From the NCBI GenBank assembly GCA_905233245.1, contig CAJODK010000002.1:50-64049 (forward strand): a stretch of DNA of 64,000 bases. Direction: 5' to 3'. Of the stretch, positions 20,756-31,406 are shown in pieces (position 1 is the first letter of the stretch; each line of letters opens with the position of its first letter). Position numbers and translations under genes: made by a program. The DNA is from an uncultured Prevotella sp. GTDB taxonomy: Bacteria > Bacteroidota > Bacteroidia > Bacteroidales > Bacteroidaceae. The notes below the pieces were generated by a model that was not told where the DNA came from, made no database searches, and was given only the letters and a program-made list of their open reading frames with translations.

Positions 20756-20813
20756 AATTAACTAGCTAATTCTCGAAATTAGCTAGTTAATTTTTTAAAT
20801 TTGCTAGTTAATT
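20756..20813. repeat. Perfect 16-bp inverted repeat plus a third direct copy at 21-nt period
   Basis: AATTAACTAGCTAATT-CTCGA-AATTAGCTAGTTAATT, then AATTTGCTAGTTAATT. Confidence 0.85.
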
Positions 20814-20956
20814 TGAAACAGGAGCTAAGAGTTTATAGTTCGAAGCCAAGCGCTATGAGTTCTATACTCAGCTTTTAGGAACGAATAGGCTGTTAAAGTT
20901 GCTTAAAAGATAGGTAAAAATGGTGAAAGGGGGATTTTTCTATGAAAAATATTAGT

Positions 20957-20964
20957 TAACTTTG
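20957..20964 (+). promoter_or_regulatory. -7 element TAACTTTG for the RND operon
   Basis: Consensus match upstream of the MFP gene. Confidence 0.7.
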
Positions 20965-21030
20965 CACGCTCAAATCGCTCACTGATGGTGGGGATAATGC
21001 AAAGATAAATAATAAATAAGGTATATAAGA

Positions 21031-22224
21031 ATGAAGAAACTGATGACATTCGTGGCGCTGGCCACGTTGCTGGTATCGTGTGGCGGAAAGCAGGAGCGTC
21101 CTAATTTCGGCGACAATGAGTATGTCGTAGCCACTATCGGTGCTCAGAATGCTGCTATGGAGACGACATTCCCTGCTACATTCAAGGGTGTGCAGGATGT
21201 GGAGATACGTCCGAAGGTGGCTGGTTTTATTACGAAAATCTACGTGAAGGAGGGTCAGACGGTGAGTGCCGGCCAGTTGCTCTTCGAGGTGGATAACGTA
21301 ACGTATAGGGCAGCGGTAAATCAGGCTCAGGCTGCTGTGACATCGGCTATCAGCCAGCTGAATACTGCAAAACTGACTTACGAGAATAATCAGAAGTTGT
21401 ATGCTGCCAATGTGATTGGTGACTTCGAACTGCAGTCCAGCAAGAATCAATACGAGAATGCGCAGGCTGCACTGGGACAGGCAAGGGCTAACCTGATGTC
21501 TGCCAAAGATCAGCTGAGCTTCTGTTCAGTGAAGAGTCCCGCTAATGGCGTGGTGGGCGTTCTGCCTTACAAGGTAGGTGCTCTGGTGAGTGCCTCCATC
21601 CAAGACCCATTCACGGTTATCTCCAACGGCAGTCAGGTGGAGGTGTACTTCTCTCTGACTGAGAAGGACGTGATAGAATATACCCGCAAATTTGGTTCGC
21701 TGACGGCTGCTATCGCCCAGATGCCTGCGCTGAAGCTGAAACTGGCTGACGGCACGGAGTATGGCAGCATGGGCAAGGTGACAAAGGCATCGGGCGTCAT
21801 AGACCCTGTGACGGGTGCTACGACGATGATTGCTGCATTCCCTAACCCTCAGCATATACTGAAGAGCGGCGGTTCGGGCACGATACTGGTGCCTTACGTA
21901 GCTAAAGGGGCTATCATCATACCTCAGAAGGCTACCATCGAACTGCAGGATAAGCACTTCGTATATGTAGTAGGTAAGGATAACAAGGTGAAATACACCG
22001 AGATAGGTATTGAGGCTGTAGATGATGGTGAGAACTACATCGTGACCTCTGGCCTGAAGAAGGGCGACCGCATCGTAATGGATGGCGTGAACTCACTGAC
22101 GGAGGGCATGGAGATAAAGCCTATCACCGAAGCTGAGTACCAGAAGAAACTGAAGAAGTCTGAGGAACTGGGCAAAGTACAGGACCAGGGTGTGTTTGCT
22201 GTAGCTAAAGCATTGAAATCATGA
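21031..22224 (+). CDS. RND efflux periplasmic adaptor (lipoprotein)
   Basis: Lipobox LLVSC; EIRPKVAGFI..VKEGQ; SPANGVVG. Confidence 0.92.
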   Translation: MKKLMTFVALATLLVSCGGKQERPNFGDNEYVVATIGAQNAAMETTFPATFKGVQDVEIRPKVAGFITKIYVKEGQTVSAGQLLFEVDNVTYRAAVNQAQAAVTSAISQLNTAKLTYENNQKLYAANVIGDFELQSSKNQYENAQAALGQARANLMSAKDQLSFCSVKSPANGVVGVLPYKVGALVSASIQDPFTVISNGSQVEVYFSLTEKDVIEYTRKFGSLTAAIAQMPALKLKLADGTEYGSMGKVTKASGVIDPVTGATTMIAAFPNPQHILKSGGSGTILVPYVAKGAIIIPQKATIELQDKHFVYVVGKDNKVKYTEIGIEAVDDGENYIVTSGLKKGDRIVMDGVNSLTEGMEIKPITEAEYQKKLKKSEELGKVQDQGVFAVAKALKS

Positions 22225-25200
22225 AACTAGATAAATTTATAAACAGACCGGTACTCTCGACCGTGATCTCCATCTTTGTGGTGCTTCTCGGTCTGATAGG
22301 ATTGGTTTCCCTGCCTATCGAGCAGTACCCGGACATTGCGCCTCCTACTATCGTGGTGCGCACTAACTATCCTGGTGCTGATGCCAATACGGTGCAGAAC
22401 TCCGTTCTGGCTCCGCTGGAGGAGAGTATCAACGGTGTGGAGGGCATGACATACATGACCTCTAACGCCACTAACGACGGTTCGGCTAGCATCACCGTGT
22501 ATTTTGAGCAGGGTTCGAATGCCGATATGGCTCAGGTGAACGTACAGAACCGTGTGTCACAGGCATCAGCACTGCTGCCTGCCGAGGTGACTCGTGCCGG
22601 TGTGACGGTGCAGAAGCGTCAGACCTCTAACGTGCTCATCATGTCGCTGACATCGAGCGACGGCCGCTTCGACGAGAAGTTCCTCTCCAACTATGCTGAT
22701 ATCAACATCATCCCTGAGATGAAGCGTATCGAGGGTATCGGCGACTGTGAATCCATAGGTCTGAAGACCTACACGATGCGTCTGTGGCTGGACCCAGTGA
22801 AGATGCACGACCTGAAACTGATACCTACGGACATCACAGCAGCACTGTCGGAGCAGAATATCGAGGCAGCACCTGGTAAGTTTGGCGAGCAGTCAAGCCA
22901 CCAGTATGAGTATGCCCTGAAATATACTGGCCGTCTGAAGACTCCTGAGGAGTTTGGCAACATGATTATCAAGACTGATGACATGGGCCGTGTGCTCAGG
23001 GTGAAGGACGTGGCAAACGTGGAGATGGGTGCTCTGTACTACTCTGTATCGTCGCAGATGAACGGCAAGCCGGGCGTGGTGATGATGGTATCGCAGCGTG
23101 CTGGCTCCAACGCTACGCAGTTGGTACACGACGTAAAGAAGACGGTTGAACGTCTGGAGAAGTCGTTCCCTCCAGGCATGGAGATTAAATACACGATGGA
23201 CGTAACACAGTTTATCGAGGCATCGCAGGAGGAGGTTGTAAAGACGCTCTTCGAGGCTCTGGTGCTGGTGTTCATCGTGGTGTTCATATTCCTGCAAGAC
23301 TTCCGTTCCACCATCATCCCTATGGTAGCAGTACCTGTATCACTGGTGGGTACAATGTTCTTCCTGAACCTCTTCGGATTCTCTCTGAACCTGCTGACGC
23401 TGGCGGCTCTGGTGCTTGCTATCGCCATCGTGGTGGATGACGCCATCGTGGTGGTAGAGGCGGTGCACGCCAAACTGGACATGGGCTACAAGAGTGCCCA
23501 CAAGGCAGCTATCGATGCCATGGAGGAGATAGGCGGTGCCATCGTGTCAATCACACTGGTGATGTCAGCGGTGTTCATCCCTGTATCGTTCATGAGCGGC
23601 ACGACGGGTACGTTCTATCGTGAGTTTGGTCTGACAATGGCCATGTCTATCATCATCTCGGCAGTCAACGCGCTGACCCTCTCCCCTGCCCTGTGTGCCA
23701 TACTGCTGAAGCCACACGACAAGGAGGGCGAGCATAAGTCATCCTTCACGGAGAGATTCTTCAAGGGTTTCAATACCTCTTATGATAAGTTGCAGAACAA
23801 GTACCAGAAGGCGGTGACGTCGATAGTGCACAAACCCGTGATAGCCATCATAGCCGTCGTAATAGGTGCAGCAGCACTCGTAGCAGAGGCTATGATGACG
23901 AAGTCGGGTCTGGTACCTGACGAGGATACTGGTTCTGTCTTCGTATCTGTATCTATGCCTCCTGCTACATCACTGGAGAAGACTGACTCGATGATGCATA
24001 CCGTGCAGAAGATGCTGCAGACCAACCCTGCCATAGAGAACTGTATGGCGGTGACGGGCTACAGCCTGATAGCCGGTCAGGGTTCGAACCAGGGTTCGTT
24101 CTTCGTAAAACTGAAGCCATTCGCGGAGCGTAACCGTTCGGAGTACTCTACCATGGTGCTGGGCATGATATACAAGCAGACGGGCATTATCAAGGGTGCG
24201 CAGATACTGGCTTTCCAGCCACCTATGGTATCTGGTTTCTCCATGACGAACAATATGACCTTCGCCATGCAGGATCGTACGGGTGGTTCGCTGGATAAGT
24301 TCTTTGGCGTGACGAAGGACTTCATCGCCGAACTGCAGAAGCGTCCTGAATTCTCCAACGTGATGACAGCCTTCAACTCTTCATATCCTCAGTACATGAT
24401 AGACGTGGATGTGGCAAAGTGTAAGCAGTCTGGCATAGCGCCTTCTACCGTACTGGCCACCATGCAGGGCTACTACGGCGGCCTGTATGCCTCAAACTTC
24501 AACGCATACGGTAAATTGTACCGCGTGTATGTACAGGCAGACCCAAAGATGCGTGAGGACAAGGCATCGCTGAAGAATATCTTCGTGCGCACGCCAAGCG
24601 GCGATATGGCTCCCATAAGCGAATTTGTAAACCTGAAGAAGGTATATGGTCCGCAGGTAATCGAGCGCTTCAACCTCTTCACCTCTATTAATGTGAATGC
24701 CGCTCCTGCTGACGGTTACTCTACGGGTGACTGTATCAAGGCAATGGACGAGGTGGCTAACAACACGCTGCCTGCGGGATACACATACGAATTCTCCGGT
24801 CTGACGAGAAACGAGGCTGAGTCAAGCAGTTCGACAGCAGTAATCCTGGGCCTGTGCTTGGTATTCGTATATCTCATTCTGTCAGCACAGTACGAGTCAT
24901 ACCTGCTGCCTCTGTCAGTAATTCTGTCTATACCATTCGGTCTGGCTGGTGCATTCCTATTCACCAACCTCTTTGGCAAGAACAATGATATCTACATGCA
25001 GATTGCGCTCATCATGCTCGTGGGTCTGCTGGCGAAGAACGCCATCCTTATCGTACAGTTTGCATTGGAGCGTCGCAAACTGGGTATGGCGATATCATGG
25101 TCGGGCATCCTGGGTGCCGCAGCACGTCTGCGTCCTATTCTGATGACGGCACTGGCAATGATTATCGGCCTCTTCCCCCTGATTATCACTGGCATACCAG

Positions 25201-25466
25201 GTCTGAACCTCGTCATGTCGCCCGCCGTAGGTGAGAACGGTTATATCACTCTGGGTGCAGCCGCTATCGGCGGTATGCTCGTGGGTACCTTCTGTCAGGT
25301 GCTCGTGGTGCCAGCACTGTTTGTGATATTCCAGTACCTGCAGGAGAAGGTGAAACCTCTGACCTTCGACGATGAGGGAAACTCATCCATCGAGGCTGAA
25401 CTGGCACAGTATGCTGCGCCAAAGGACATAAAGATTTCGGACTTTAAAGAAGGGTACGTGAAATGA
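22221..25466 (+). CDS. RND efflux permease (HAE1/AcrB-like)
   Basis: EQYPDIAPP, IVVDDAIVVVE, KNAILIV, RLRPILMT. Confidence 0.95.
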   Translation: MKLDKFINRPVLSTVISIFVVLLGLIGLVSLPIEQYPDIAPPTIVVRTNYPGADANTVQNSVLAPLEESINGVEGMTYMTSNATNDGSASITVYFEQGSNADMAQVNVQNRVSQASALLPAEVTRAGVTVQKRQTSNVLIMSLTSSDGRFDEKFLSNYADINIIPEMKRIEGIGDCESIGLKTYTMRLWLDPVKMHDLKLIPTDITAALSEQNIEAAPGKFGEQSSHQYEYALKYTGRLKTPEEFGNMIIKTDDMGRVLRVKDVANVEMGALYYSVSSQMNGKPGVVMMVSQRAGSNATQLVHDVKKTVERLEKSFPPGMEIKYTMDVTQFIEASQEEVVKTLFEALVLVFIVVFIFLQDFRSTIIPMVAVPVSLVGTMFFLNLFGFSLNLLTLAALVLAIAIVVDDAIVVVEAVHAKLDMGYKSAHKAAIDAMEEIGGAIVSITLVMSAVFIPVSFMSGTTGTFYREFGLTMAMSIIISAVNALTLSPALCAILLKPHDKEGEHKSSFTERFFKGFNTSYDKLQNKYQKAVTSIVHKPVIAIIAVVIGAAALVAEAMMTKSGLVPDEDTGSVFVSVSMPPATSLEKTDSMMHTVQKMLQTNPAIENCMAVTGYSLIAGQGSNQGSFFVKLKPFAERNRSEYSTMVLGMIYKQTGIIKGAQILAFQPPMVSGFSMTNNMTFAMQDRTGGSLDKFFGVTKDFIAELQKRPEFSNVMTAFNSSYPQYMIDVDVAKCKQSGIAPSTVLATMQGYYGGLYASNFNAYGKLYRVYVQADPKMREDKASLKNIFVRTPSGDMAPISEFVNLKKVYGPQVIERFNLFTSINVNAAPADGYSTGDCIKAMDEVANNTLPAGYTYEFSGLTRNEAESSSSTAVILGLCLVFVYLILSAQYESYLLPLSVILSIPFGLAGAFLFTNLFGKNNDIYMQIALIMLVGLLAKNAILIVQFALERRKLGMAISWSGILGAAARLRPILMTALAMIIGLFPLIITGIPGLNLVMSPAVGENGYITLGAAAIGGMLVGTFCQVLVVPALFVIFQYLQEKVKPLTFDDEGNSSIEAELAQYAAPKDIKISDFKEGYVK

Positions 25467-26854
25467 GAAAAATCATAATGCATAATGCAAAATTCATAAT
25501 TGGCATAGTGGCAATGTCACTACTCTCCAGTTGCGGACTATACAAGAAGTACGAGCGTCCGGCAGACGTGGAGGTTAAGGGCATCATGCGTGGTGCGGAG
25601 ACGGCTGACAGCCTCACATTCGGCGATGTCGATTGGCACGAGGTATTCACCGACCCACAGCTACAGAGCCTCATACAGCAGGGACTGGACAATAACGACG
25701 ACATGTTTGCCGCCGCTGCCAATGTAAAGAAACTGGAAGCCGCTCTGCATGCAGCACGACTGGCATTCCTGCCCACGGTGAACTTCAACCCATCGGGTAC
25801 GCTGAGCAAAGTACTCACAGGTAATCGCAAGGGCGACTGGTCAAAGTCGTACGCCCTGCCAGTGTCAGCAAGTTGGACCTTCGACCTCTTTGGCAATATC
25901 CTCTCGCAGAAACGTAGTGCGCAGATGAGTCTGGAGATGGCAAAGGACAACGAGCAGGCTGTGCGCTCAAGACTTATCTGTTCGATAGCCAACAGCTACT
26001 ACACCCTGCTGATGCTCGACCGCCAGTTGGAGATACTCACCGAAATGGAGGGTATCGGCAGTAATACACTGGAGATGATGAAGTTGCAGAAAGAACTGCG
26101 CGGAGCTAAGGAGACGAGCGTAATGTCAGCAAAGTCGGCACTGCTCAATATACAGGCAAACAAGGTGGATATGCGTCGCCAGATAAGCGAAGTGGAGGCA
26201 TCACTGTCACTGCTCGTAGATCAGCCCGCACAGCACATAGAGCGTGGCAAACTGGCTGACCAGTCACTACCCACACGGTTTGCTACCGGCACCGAACTGT
26301 CACTGCTGCGCAACCGTCCTGACGTACACGCAGCAGAGATGAATTTGGCAGCCTGCTTCTACGATGTAGAGAATGCCCGCAGTAAAATGTACCCCACTAT
26401 CACCATCTCTGGCACAGGCTCCTTCACCAATGACATAGGTACCATAGCCAATCCTGGACAGTGGCTCGCAAGATTCGTAGGAGGACTGACGCAACCTATC
26501 TTCCAGAATGGTCGTCTGCGCGCCCAACTCAAGGTGGCGAAACTCAGCTACGAGGTGGCTTTCCGCGAGTGGGAACATCAGATACTCCATGCTGGAGCTG
26601 AGGTAAGCAATGCCCTCGTAGAGTATAACAGCAGCAACGAGCAGAGCCTGATAGACCGCGAGAACGTGGAGGTGCTCACCAAAGCAGTAGATTACACTCA
26701 GCAACTCTACCGCATGAGGTCAAGCACATATCTGGAAGTGCTCACTGCACAACAGCAACTCCTCAATGCGCAAATCGATCAGGTAAGCGATGACTTCAAC
26801 AAGATGCAGGCCGTAGTAAGCCTCTACAGCGCTCTGGGAGGAGGAAGGAAGTAA
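25463..26854 (+). CDS. TolC/NodT-family outer membrane factor (lipoprotein)
   Basis: Lipobox LLSSC; RPDVHAAE; C-terminal LYSALGGG. Confidence 0.92.
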   Translation: MRKIIMHNAKFIIGIVAMSLLSSCGLYKKYERPADVEVKGIMRGAETADSLTFGDVDWHEVFTDPQLQSLIQQGLDNNDDMFAAAANVKKLEAALHAARLAFLPTVNFNPSGTLSKVLTGNRKGDWSKSYALPVSASWTFDLFGNILSQKRSAQMSLEMAKDNEQAVRSRLICSIANSYYTLLMLDRQLEILTEMEGIGSNTLEMMKLQKELRGAKETSVMSAKSALLNIQANKVDMRRQISEVEASLSLLVDQPAQHIERGKLADQSLPTRFATGTELSLLRNRPDVHAAEMNLAACFYDVENARSKMYPTITISGTGSFTNDIGTIANPGQWLARFVGGLTQPIFQNGRLRAQLKVAKLSYEVAFREWEHQILHAGAEVSNALVEYNSSNEQSLIDRENVEVLTKAVDYTQQLYRMRSSTYLEVLTAQQQLLNAQIDQVSDDFNKMQAVVSLYSALGGGRK

Positions 26855-26880
26855 AAGTTGAATGTTGAATGTTGAAAGTT
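26852..26880 (+). repeat. Heptamer tract TAAAAGT TGAATGT TGAATGT TGAAAGT, starting at the OMF stop codon
   Basis: Read directly from the sequence. Confidence 0.8.
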
Positions 26881-26889
26881 TAAAGCTTT

Positions 26890-27669
26890 ATGATTTCTGA
26901 CAAAGCATATATAGACCCAAAAGCGAAGATAGGCAAGAACGTGACCATCATGCCATTCGCATACATAGAGGGAGACGTGGAGATAGGCGACGGATGCGTC
27001 ATCTACCCCTTCACAAGCATCATGAATGGTACACGCATGGGTAAGAATAACCGGGTGCATCAGGGTGCCGTCATCAGTGCTATACCGCAGGACTTCAACT
27101 ACCGAGGCGGTAACACCCTCACCATCATCGGTGATGACAATATCATACGCGAAAACGTAGTCATAGCACGCTCATCAAAAGAGGGCGATGAACACGCTAC
27201 GTGGATAGGCAACCGCAACTTCTTCATGGAGGGCGTACACCTGTGCCACGACGTGCGCGTAGGCTACGACAACGTGCTGGGATACGGCTCGAAGGTGGCT
27301 GGAGAGGTGCACATGGAGGATGACATCATCCTCTCTACTAACGTGGTAATCAACGAGAAGGCACGCATAGGACGTACCTCAATGATAGGTGCCAACTCAT
27401 TCGTGACGAAGGACGTACCGCCATACATCATCGCTACTGGCAGTCCTATAGAATTTGCAGGCGCCAACAAGACCATACTGACAAAGTTGGGCAAGGACGA
27501 GAAAGTAATCGCCCACATAGCAAACGCATATCGACTGGTATTCAACGGTCAGAACGACATACTGGACGTCTGCCGACAGATAGAGCAGCAGATACCAGAT
27601 GGCAAGGAGATTCAGAATATCGTGAAGTTCCTCCGAGCATCCGAACTGGGTCTCATAACAAAAATGTAA
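26890..27669 (+). CDS. lpxA: Acyl-ACP--UDP-GlcNAc O-acyltransferase-like protein (LpxA family)
   Basis: Hexapeptide repeats, PQD, IRENV, HLCHD, KDVPPY. Confidence 0.8.
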   Translation: MISDKAYIDPKAKIGKNVTIMPFAYIEGDVEIGDGCVIYPFTSIMNGTRMGKNNRVHQGAVISAIPQDFNYRGGNTLTIIGDDNIIRENVVIARSSKEGDEHATWIGNRNFFMEGVHLCHDVRVGYDNVLGYGSKVAGEVHMEDDIILSTNVVINEKARIGRTSMIGANSFVTKDVPPYIIATGSPIEFAGANKTILTKLGKDEKVIAHIANAYRLVFNGQNDILDVCRQIEQQIPDGKEIQNIVKFLRASELGLITKM

Positions 27670-27707
27670 ACAACAATATCTTTGCACTTTTTGATAATAT
27701 TAGATTG

Positions 27708-27737
27708 GGCTGTCGTTGTGAAACGCCAGCCTTTTTT
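27708..27737 (+). terminator. Probable intrinsic terminator
   Basis: GGCTG..CGTT-GTGA-AACG..CAGCC followed by T6. Confidence 0.6.
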
Positions 27738-27764
27738 ATTAAAAAACTTTAAAAACATTCTCCT

Positions 27765-27810
27765 CTTTCAACTTTCAACTTTCAACTTTCAACTTTTCTT
27801 TGTACCTTTG
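27765..27810 (+). promoter_or_regulatory. (CTTTCAA)4 tract plus -7 box TACCTTTG (27803-27810), rplS promoter
   Basis: Read directly from the sequence. Confidence 0.8.
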
Positions 27811-27897
27811 CATCCGCTTTTTAGCAGAAACCGTAACCGCTGGCCTCGACCAAGTTGCGTATAACAACAACATTCACACTAAAAGATCTACAAGAAA

Positions 27898-28263
27898 ATG
27901 GATTTGATGAAAGTTGCCGAAGAGGCATTTGCAACTGGTAAGAAGTTCCCTGAGTTCAAGGCAGGCGATACAGTAACCGTTGCTTACAAGATTATCGAGG
28001 GTTCAAAGGAGCGTATCCAGCTCTATCGTGGCGTAGTAATCAAAATCTCTGGCCACGGAGACAAAAAGCGCTTCACTGTACGTAAGATGTCAGGCACTGT
28101 AGGTGTAGAGCGTATCTTCCCTATCGAGTCACCTAACATCGACTCTATCGAGGTAAACAAAGTAGGTAAGGTACGTCGCGCTAAGCTCTACTACCTGCGC
28201 AACCTCACTGGTAAGAAAGCACGCATTCAGGAGAAGCGCGTGGTGAATACCAATAAGGATTAA
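27898..28263 (+). CDS. rplS: 50S ribosomal protein L19
   Basis: [37 protein letters not shown]. Confidence 0.98.
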   Translation: MDLMKVAEEAFATGKKFPEFKAGDTVTVAYKIIEGSKERIQLYRGVVIKISGHGDKKRFTVRKMSGTVGVERIFPIESPNIDSIEVNKVGKVRRAKLYYLRNLTGKKARIQEKRVVNTNKD

Positions 28264-28270
28264 GAAATTA

Positions 28271-28297
28271 AGTCTGGCTTCGGCCAGATTTTTTTTT
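28271..28297 (+). terminator. Intrinsic terminator of rplS
   Basis: AGTCTGGC-TTCG-GCCAGATT followed by a T run. Confidence 0.9.
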
Positions 28298-28321
28298 ACA
28301 ATTATAAAAAAAATTGCAGAC

Positions 28322-29239
28322 ATGATAGTAATGCTCTCACTGGTAATAATTGTTGTTGTAGGCTATATAGCTGGCAAGACGGGATATATGGATGAGGCGT
28401 TCGGCAAGAAACTCTCTGCCCTCATCGTCAATATCACTTGTCCTGCTCTCATCATATCATCCACGATGGGTGAGAAACTGCCTGAGCGCGACATGATACT
28501 GCCACTGCTGCTCATCAGCACGATAACATACGCCGTGCTTGCTGTGGCGGCATTCTTCGTACCACGTCTGCTCACAAAGAAGCCAAGCGATGAGGGAGTG
28601 ATAGGCTTTGCACTGATGTTTGGTAATGTGGGATTCATAGGCTACCCTATAGTAGCCAGCATCTTCGGTCACGAGGCGGTCTTCTATGCCGCCATACTGA
28701 ATGTGCCCAACACATTCTTCGTATTCACCATTGGCACCATGCTGATAGCTGACGAGAGAGTGCCTGGACAGCATCGCAAACTGCACTTCAACCATCGTCT
28801 GCTCTACTCTACCCCAATGCTCGCCGCATACCTCTCTATCATCATCGTAGCACTGGGCATTAAAGGTGTACCAGAAGCTATCAGCCGACCTTTGACCATG
28901 ATAGGTAATATCACCGTGCCAGGAGCACTGATGATTATCGGCTCGATGATGGCGCAACTCTCCAAACGTGCCATGCTAGGTAATAAGACAGTATATGCCA
29001 CCAGTCTGTGCAGACTAGTGGCAATACCTTTGGTGTTCTATCTTTTATTTATCTTTACTCCGTTCTCCCAACTTGTGGTGGAACTGAATACTGTCATCAT
29101 AGCCATGCCTGTAGCGACCTACGGCACAATGCTATGTCTGGCATACAATCGAGATACCACGCTCATCACAGAGGTAACATTTGTCACCACAGTGCTCTCA
29201 ATGATTACCATACCACTGCTGACGCAGTTATTCGGTTAG
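28322..29239 (+). CDS. AEC-family (malate/auxin efflux carrier-like) transporter
   Basis: [14 protein letters not shown], multiple TM segments. Confidence 0.85.
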   Translation: MIVMLSLVIIVVVGYIAGKTGYMDEAFGKKLSALIVNITCPALIISSTMGEKLPERDMILPLLLISTITYAVLAVAAFFVPRLLTKKPSDEGVIGFALMFGNVGFIGYPIVASIFGHEAVFYAAILNVPNTFFVFTIGTMLIADERVPGQHRKLHFNHRLLYSTPMLAAYLSIIIVALGIKGVPEAISRPLTMIGNITVPGALMIIGSMMAQLSKRAMLGNKTVYATSLCRLVAIPLVFYLLFIFTPFSQLVVELNTVIIAMPVATYGTMLCLAYNRDTTLITEVTFVTTVLSMITIPLLTQLFG

Positions 29240-31404
29240 TCTTCATCCAGCAGGATATTCATCATTTCGATAGCAGACTTGGCAACAGGAGTACCAGGGC
29301 CAAAAATGGCAGCCACACCAGCCTTGTAGAGGAAGTCATAGTCCTGTGCAGGAATGACTCCGCCTGCAATAACCATAATATCCTCACGACCAAGTTTCTT
29401 GAGTTCTTCGAAGAGTTGAGGGATGAGAGTCTTGTGACCTGCAGCAAGAGAAGATACTCCTATAATATTGACGTCATTCTCCACAGCCTCACGAGCAGCC
29501 TCGGCAGGAGTCTGGAAGAGTGGTCCCATGTCTACGTCATAACCACAATCGGCATAGCCCGTTGCTACCACCTTGGCACCGCGGTCGTGACCGTCCTGTC
29601 CCATCTTAGCCACGAAGATACGTGGGCGACGTCCATACTTGTCTGCAAACTTCTGTGTGAGCTCGCAGGCCTTCTCAAATTCCTTGTCTTGATTTGCCAC
29701 TGCTTTATACACGCCTGAAATAGTTCTGATTACTGCCTTATAACGTCCTACAACCTTCTCGCAGGCATCTGAGATTTCTCCCAAAGTACAACGCACTTGC
29801 GCTGCCTTAACCGCAAGGTCGAGGAGGTTTTGGTCTGACTTCTTGCCATCAGCAAACTCCTGAACGCAAGCGGTAATCGCATCCAGAGCTGCCTTGCACG
29901 CTGCTTCATCACGACCTGCCTTGAGCTGAGCCAGACTTTCCTCCTGCTGCTTACGCACGGTAGTGTTATCTACCTCGAGGATATCAATTGGATCTTCGTG
30001 GTCAAGACGATACTTATTGGTACCTACGATGGTCTGCTGACCAGAGTCGATGCGAGCTTGAGTACGGGCTGCTGCCTCCTCGATACGCATCTTTGGCACA
30101 CCTGTCTCGATAGCTTTCGCCATACCACCCAGTTCCTCAATCTCCTGTATGAGAGCCCATGCTTTATGAACTAACTCGTTAGTGAGATATTCCACGTAGT
30201 AAGAACCAGCCCAAGGATCTATCTCCTTGCACACCTTGGTTTCGTTTTGTATGTATATCTGAGTGTTACGAGCTATACGAGCGGAGAAGTCGGTAGGCAG
30301 AGCGATAGCCTCATCGAGGGAGTTTGTATGGAGTGACTGAGTGTGACCCAGCACAGCAGCCATCGCCTCGATAGCGGTACGACCTACGTTATTGAATGGG
30401 TCCTGCTCTGTGAGCGACCAACCAGAAGTCTGTGAGTGGGTACGCAGAGCCATAGACTTAGGATTCTTTGCTCCAAAACTCTTCACTATCTTAGCCCACA
30501 ACAAACGACCCGCACGCATCTTGGCAATCTCCATAAAATGATTGGTGCCAATAGCCCAGAAGAAGGATAGACGCGGAGCAAAAGCATCAATGTCGATACC
30601 AGCATTAACACCAGCACGGAGATACTCCAGTCCGTCAGCAAGGGTGTAGGCAAGTTCGATGTCTGCCGTAGCACCAGCCTCTTGCATATGATAGCCAGAT
30701 ATGGAGATAGAATTGAACTTAGGCATCTTCTGTGATGTGTATTCGAAGATGTCGGCGATAATCTTCATGGAGAAAGCAGGTGGGTAGATGTAGGTATTAC
30801 GCACCATGAACTCCTTGAGGATGTCGTTCTGTATTGTGCCAGCCATCTCCTCGAGCTTTGCTCCCTGCTCCAGTCCAGCCACGATGTAGAACGCCATGAT
30901 AGGCAGTACGGCACCGTTCATGGTCATAGAAACAGACATTTTATTAAGGGGTATTCCGTCAAAAAGCACCTTCATGTTTTCCACAGAACATATACTAACG
31001 CCGGCCTTACCAACATCGCCTACAACTCGCATATTATCAGGGTCGTAACCACGATGTGTAGGAAGGTCAAAGGCTACGGACAGGCCTTTCTGACCAGAGG
31101 CTAGATTACGACGATAGAATGCATTAGATTCCTCTGCAGTAGAGAAACCAGCATACTGACGGATAGTCCAAGGACGGAAAGGATACATCATAGAGTAAGG
31201 ACCACGCAGATAAGGTGGTATGCCTGCTACGAAGTCAAGATGCTCCATACCCTCGAGGTCTTCCTTAGTGTAAGCAGGCTTCACCTCAATGTGTTCAGGA
31301 GTCTTCCATACATACTGTATGTTATTCTCACGCTGCCACTGGGCACCATCTTTCTTCTCTATACCTGAGAAAATATCTATATTCTTAAAGTCTTTACGTT
31401 CCAT
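29236..31404 (-). CDS. scpA: Methylmalonyl-CoA mutase, large B12-binding subunit (ATG at 31404)
   Basis: [31 protein letters not shown] (DxHxxG). Confidence 0.96.
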   Translation of the reverse strand: MERKDFKNIDIFSGIEKKDGAQWQRENNIQYVWKTPEHIEVKPAYTKEDLEGMEHLDFVAGIPPYLRGPYSMMYPFRPWTIRQYAGFSTAEESNAFYRRNLASGQKGLSVAFDLPTHRGYDPDNMRVVGDVGKAGVSICSVENMKVLFDGIPLNKMSVSMTMNGAVLPIMAFYIVAGLEQGAKLEEMAGTIQNDILKEFMVRNTYIYPPAFSMKIIADIFEYTSQKMPKFNSISISGYHMQEAGATADIELAYTLADGLEYLRAGVNAGIDIDAFAPRLSFFWAIGTNHFMEIAKMRAGRLLWAKIVKSFGAKNPKSMALRTHSQTSGWSLTEQDPFNNVGRTAIEAMAAVLGHTQSLHTNSLDEAIALPTDFSARIARNTQIYIQNETKVCKEIDPWAGSYYVEYLTNELVHKAWALIQEIEELGGMAKAIETGVPKMRIEEAAARTQARIDSGQQTIVGTNKYRLDHEDPIDILEVDNTTVRKQQEESLAQLKAGRDEAACKAALDAITACVQEFADGKKSDQNLLDLAVKAAQVRCTLGEISDACEKVVGRYKAVIRTISGVYKAVANQDKEFEKACELTQKFADKYGRRPRIFVAKMGQDGHDRGAKVVATGYADCGYDVDMGPLFQTPAEAAREAVENDVNIIGVSSLAAGHKTLIPQLFEELKKLGREDIMVIAGGVIPAQDYDFLYKAGVAAIFGPGTPVAKSAIEMMNILLDED

Positions 31405-31406
31405 AT

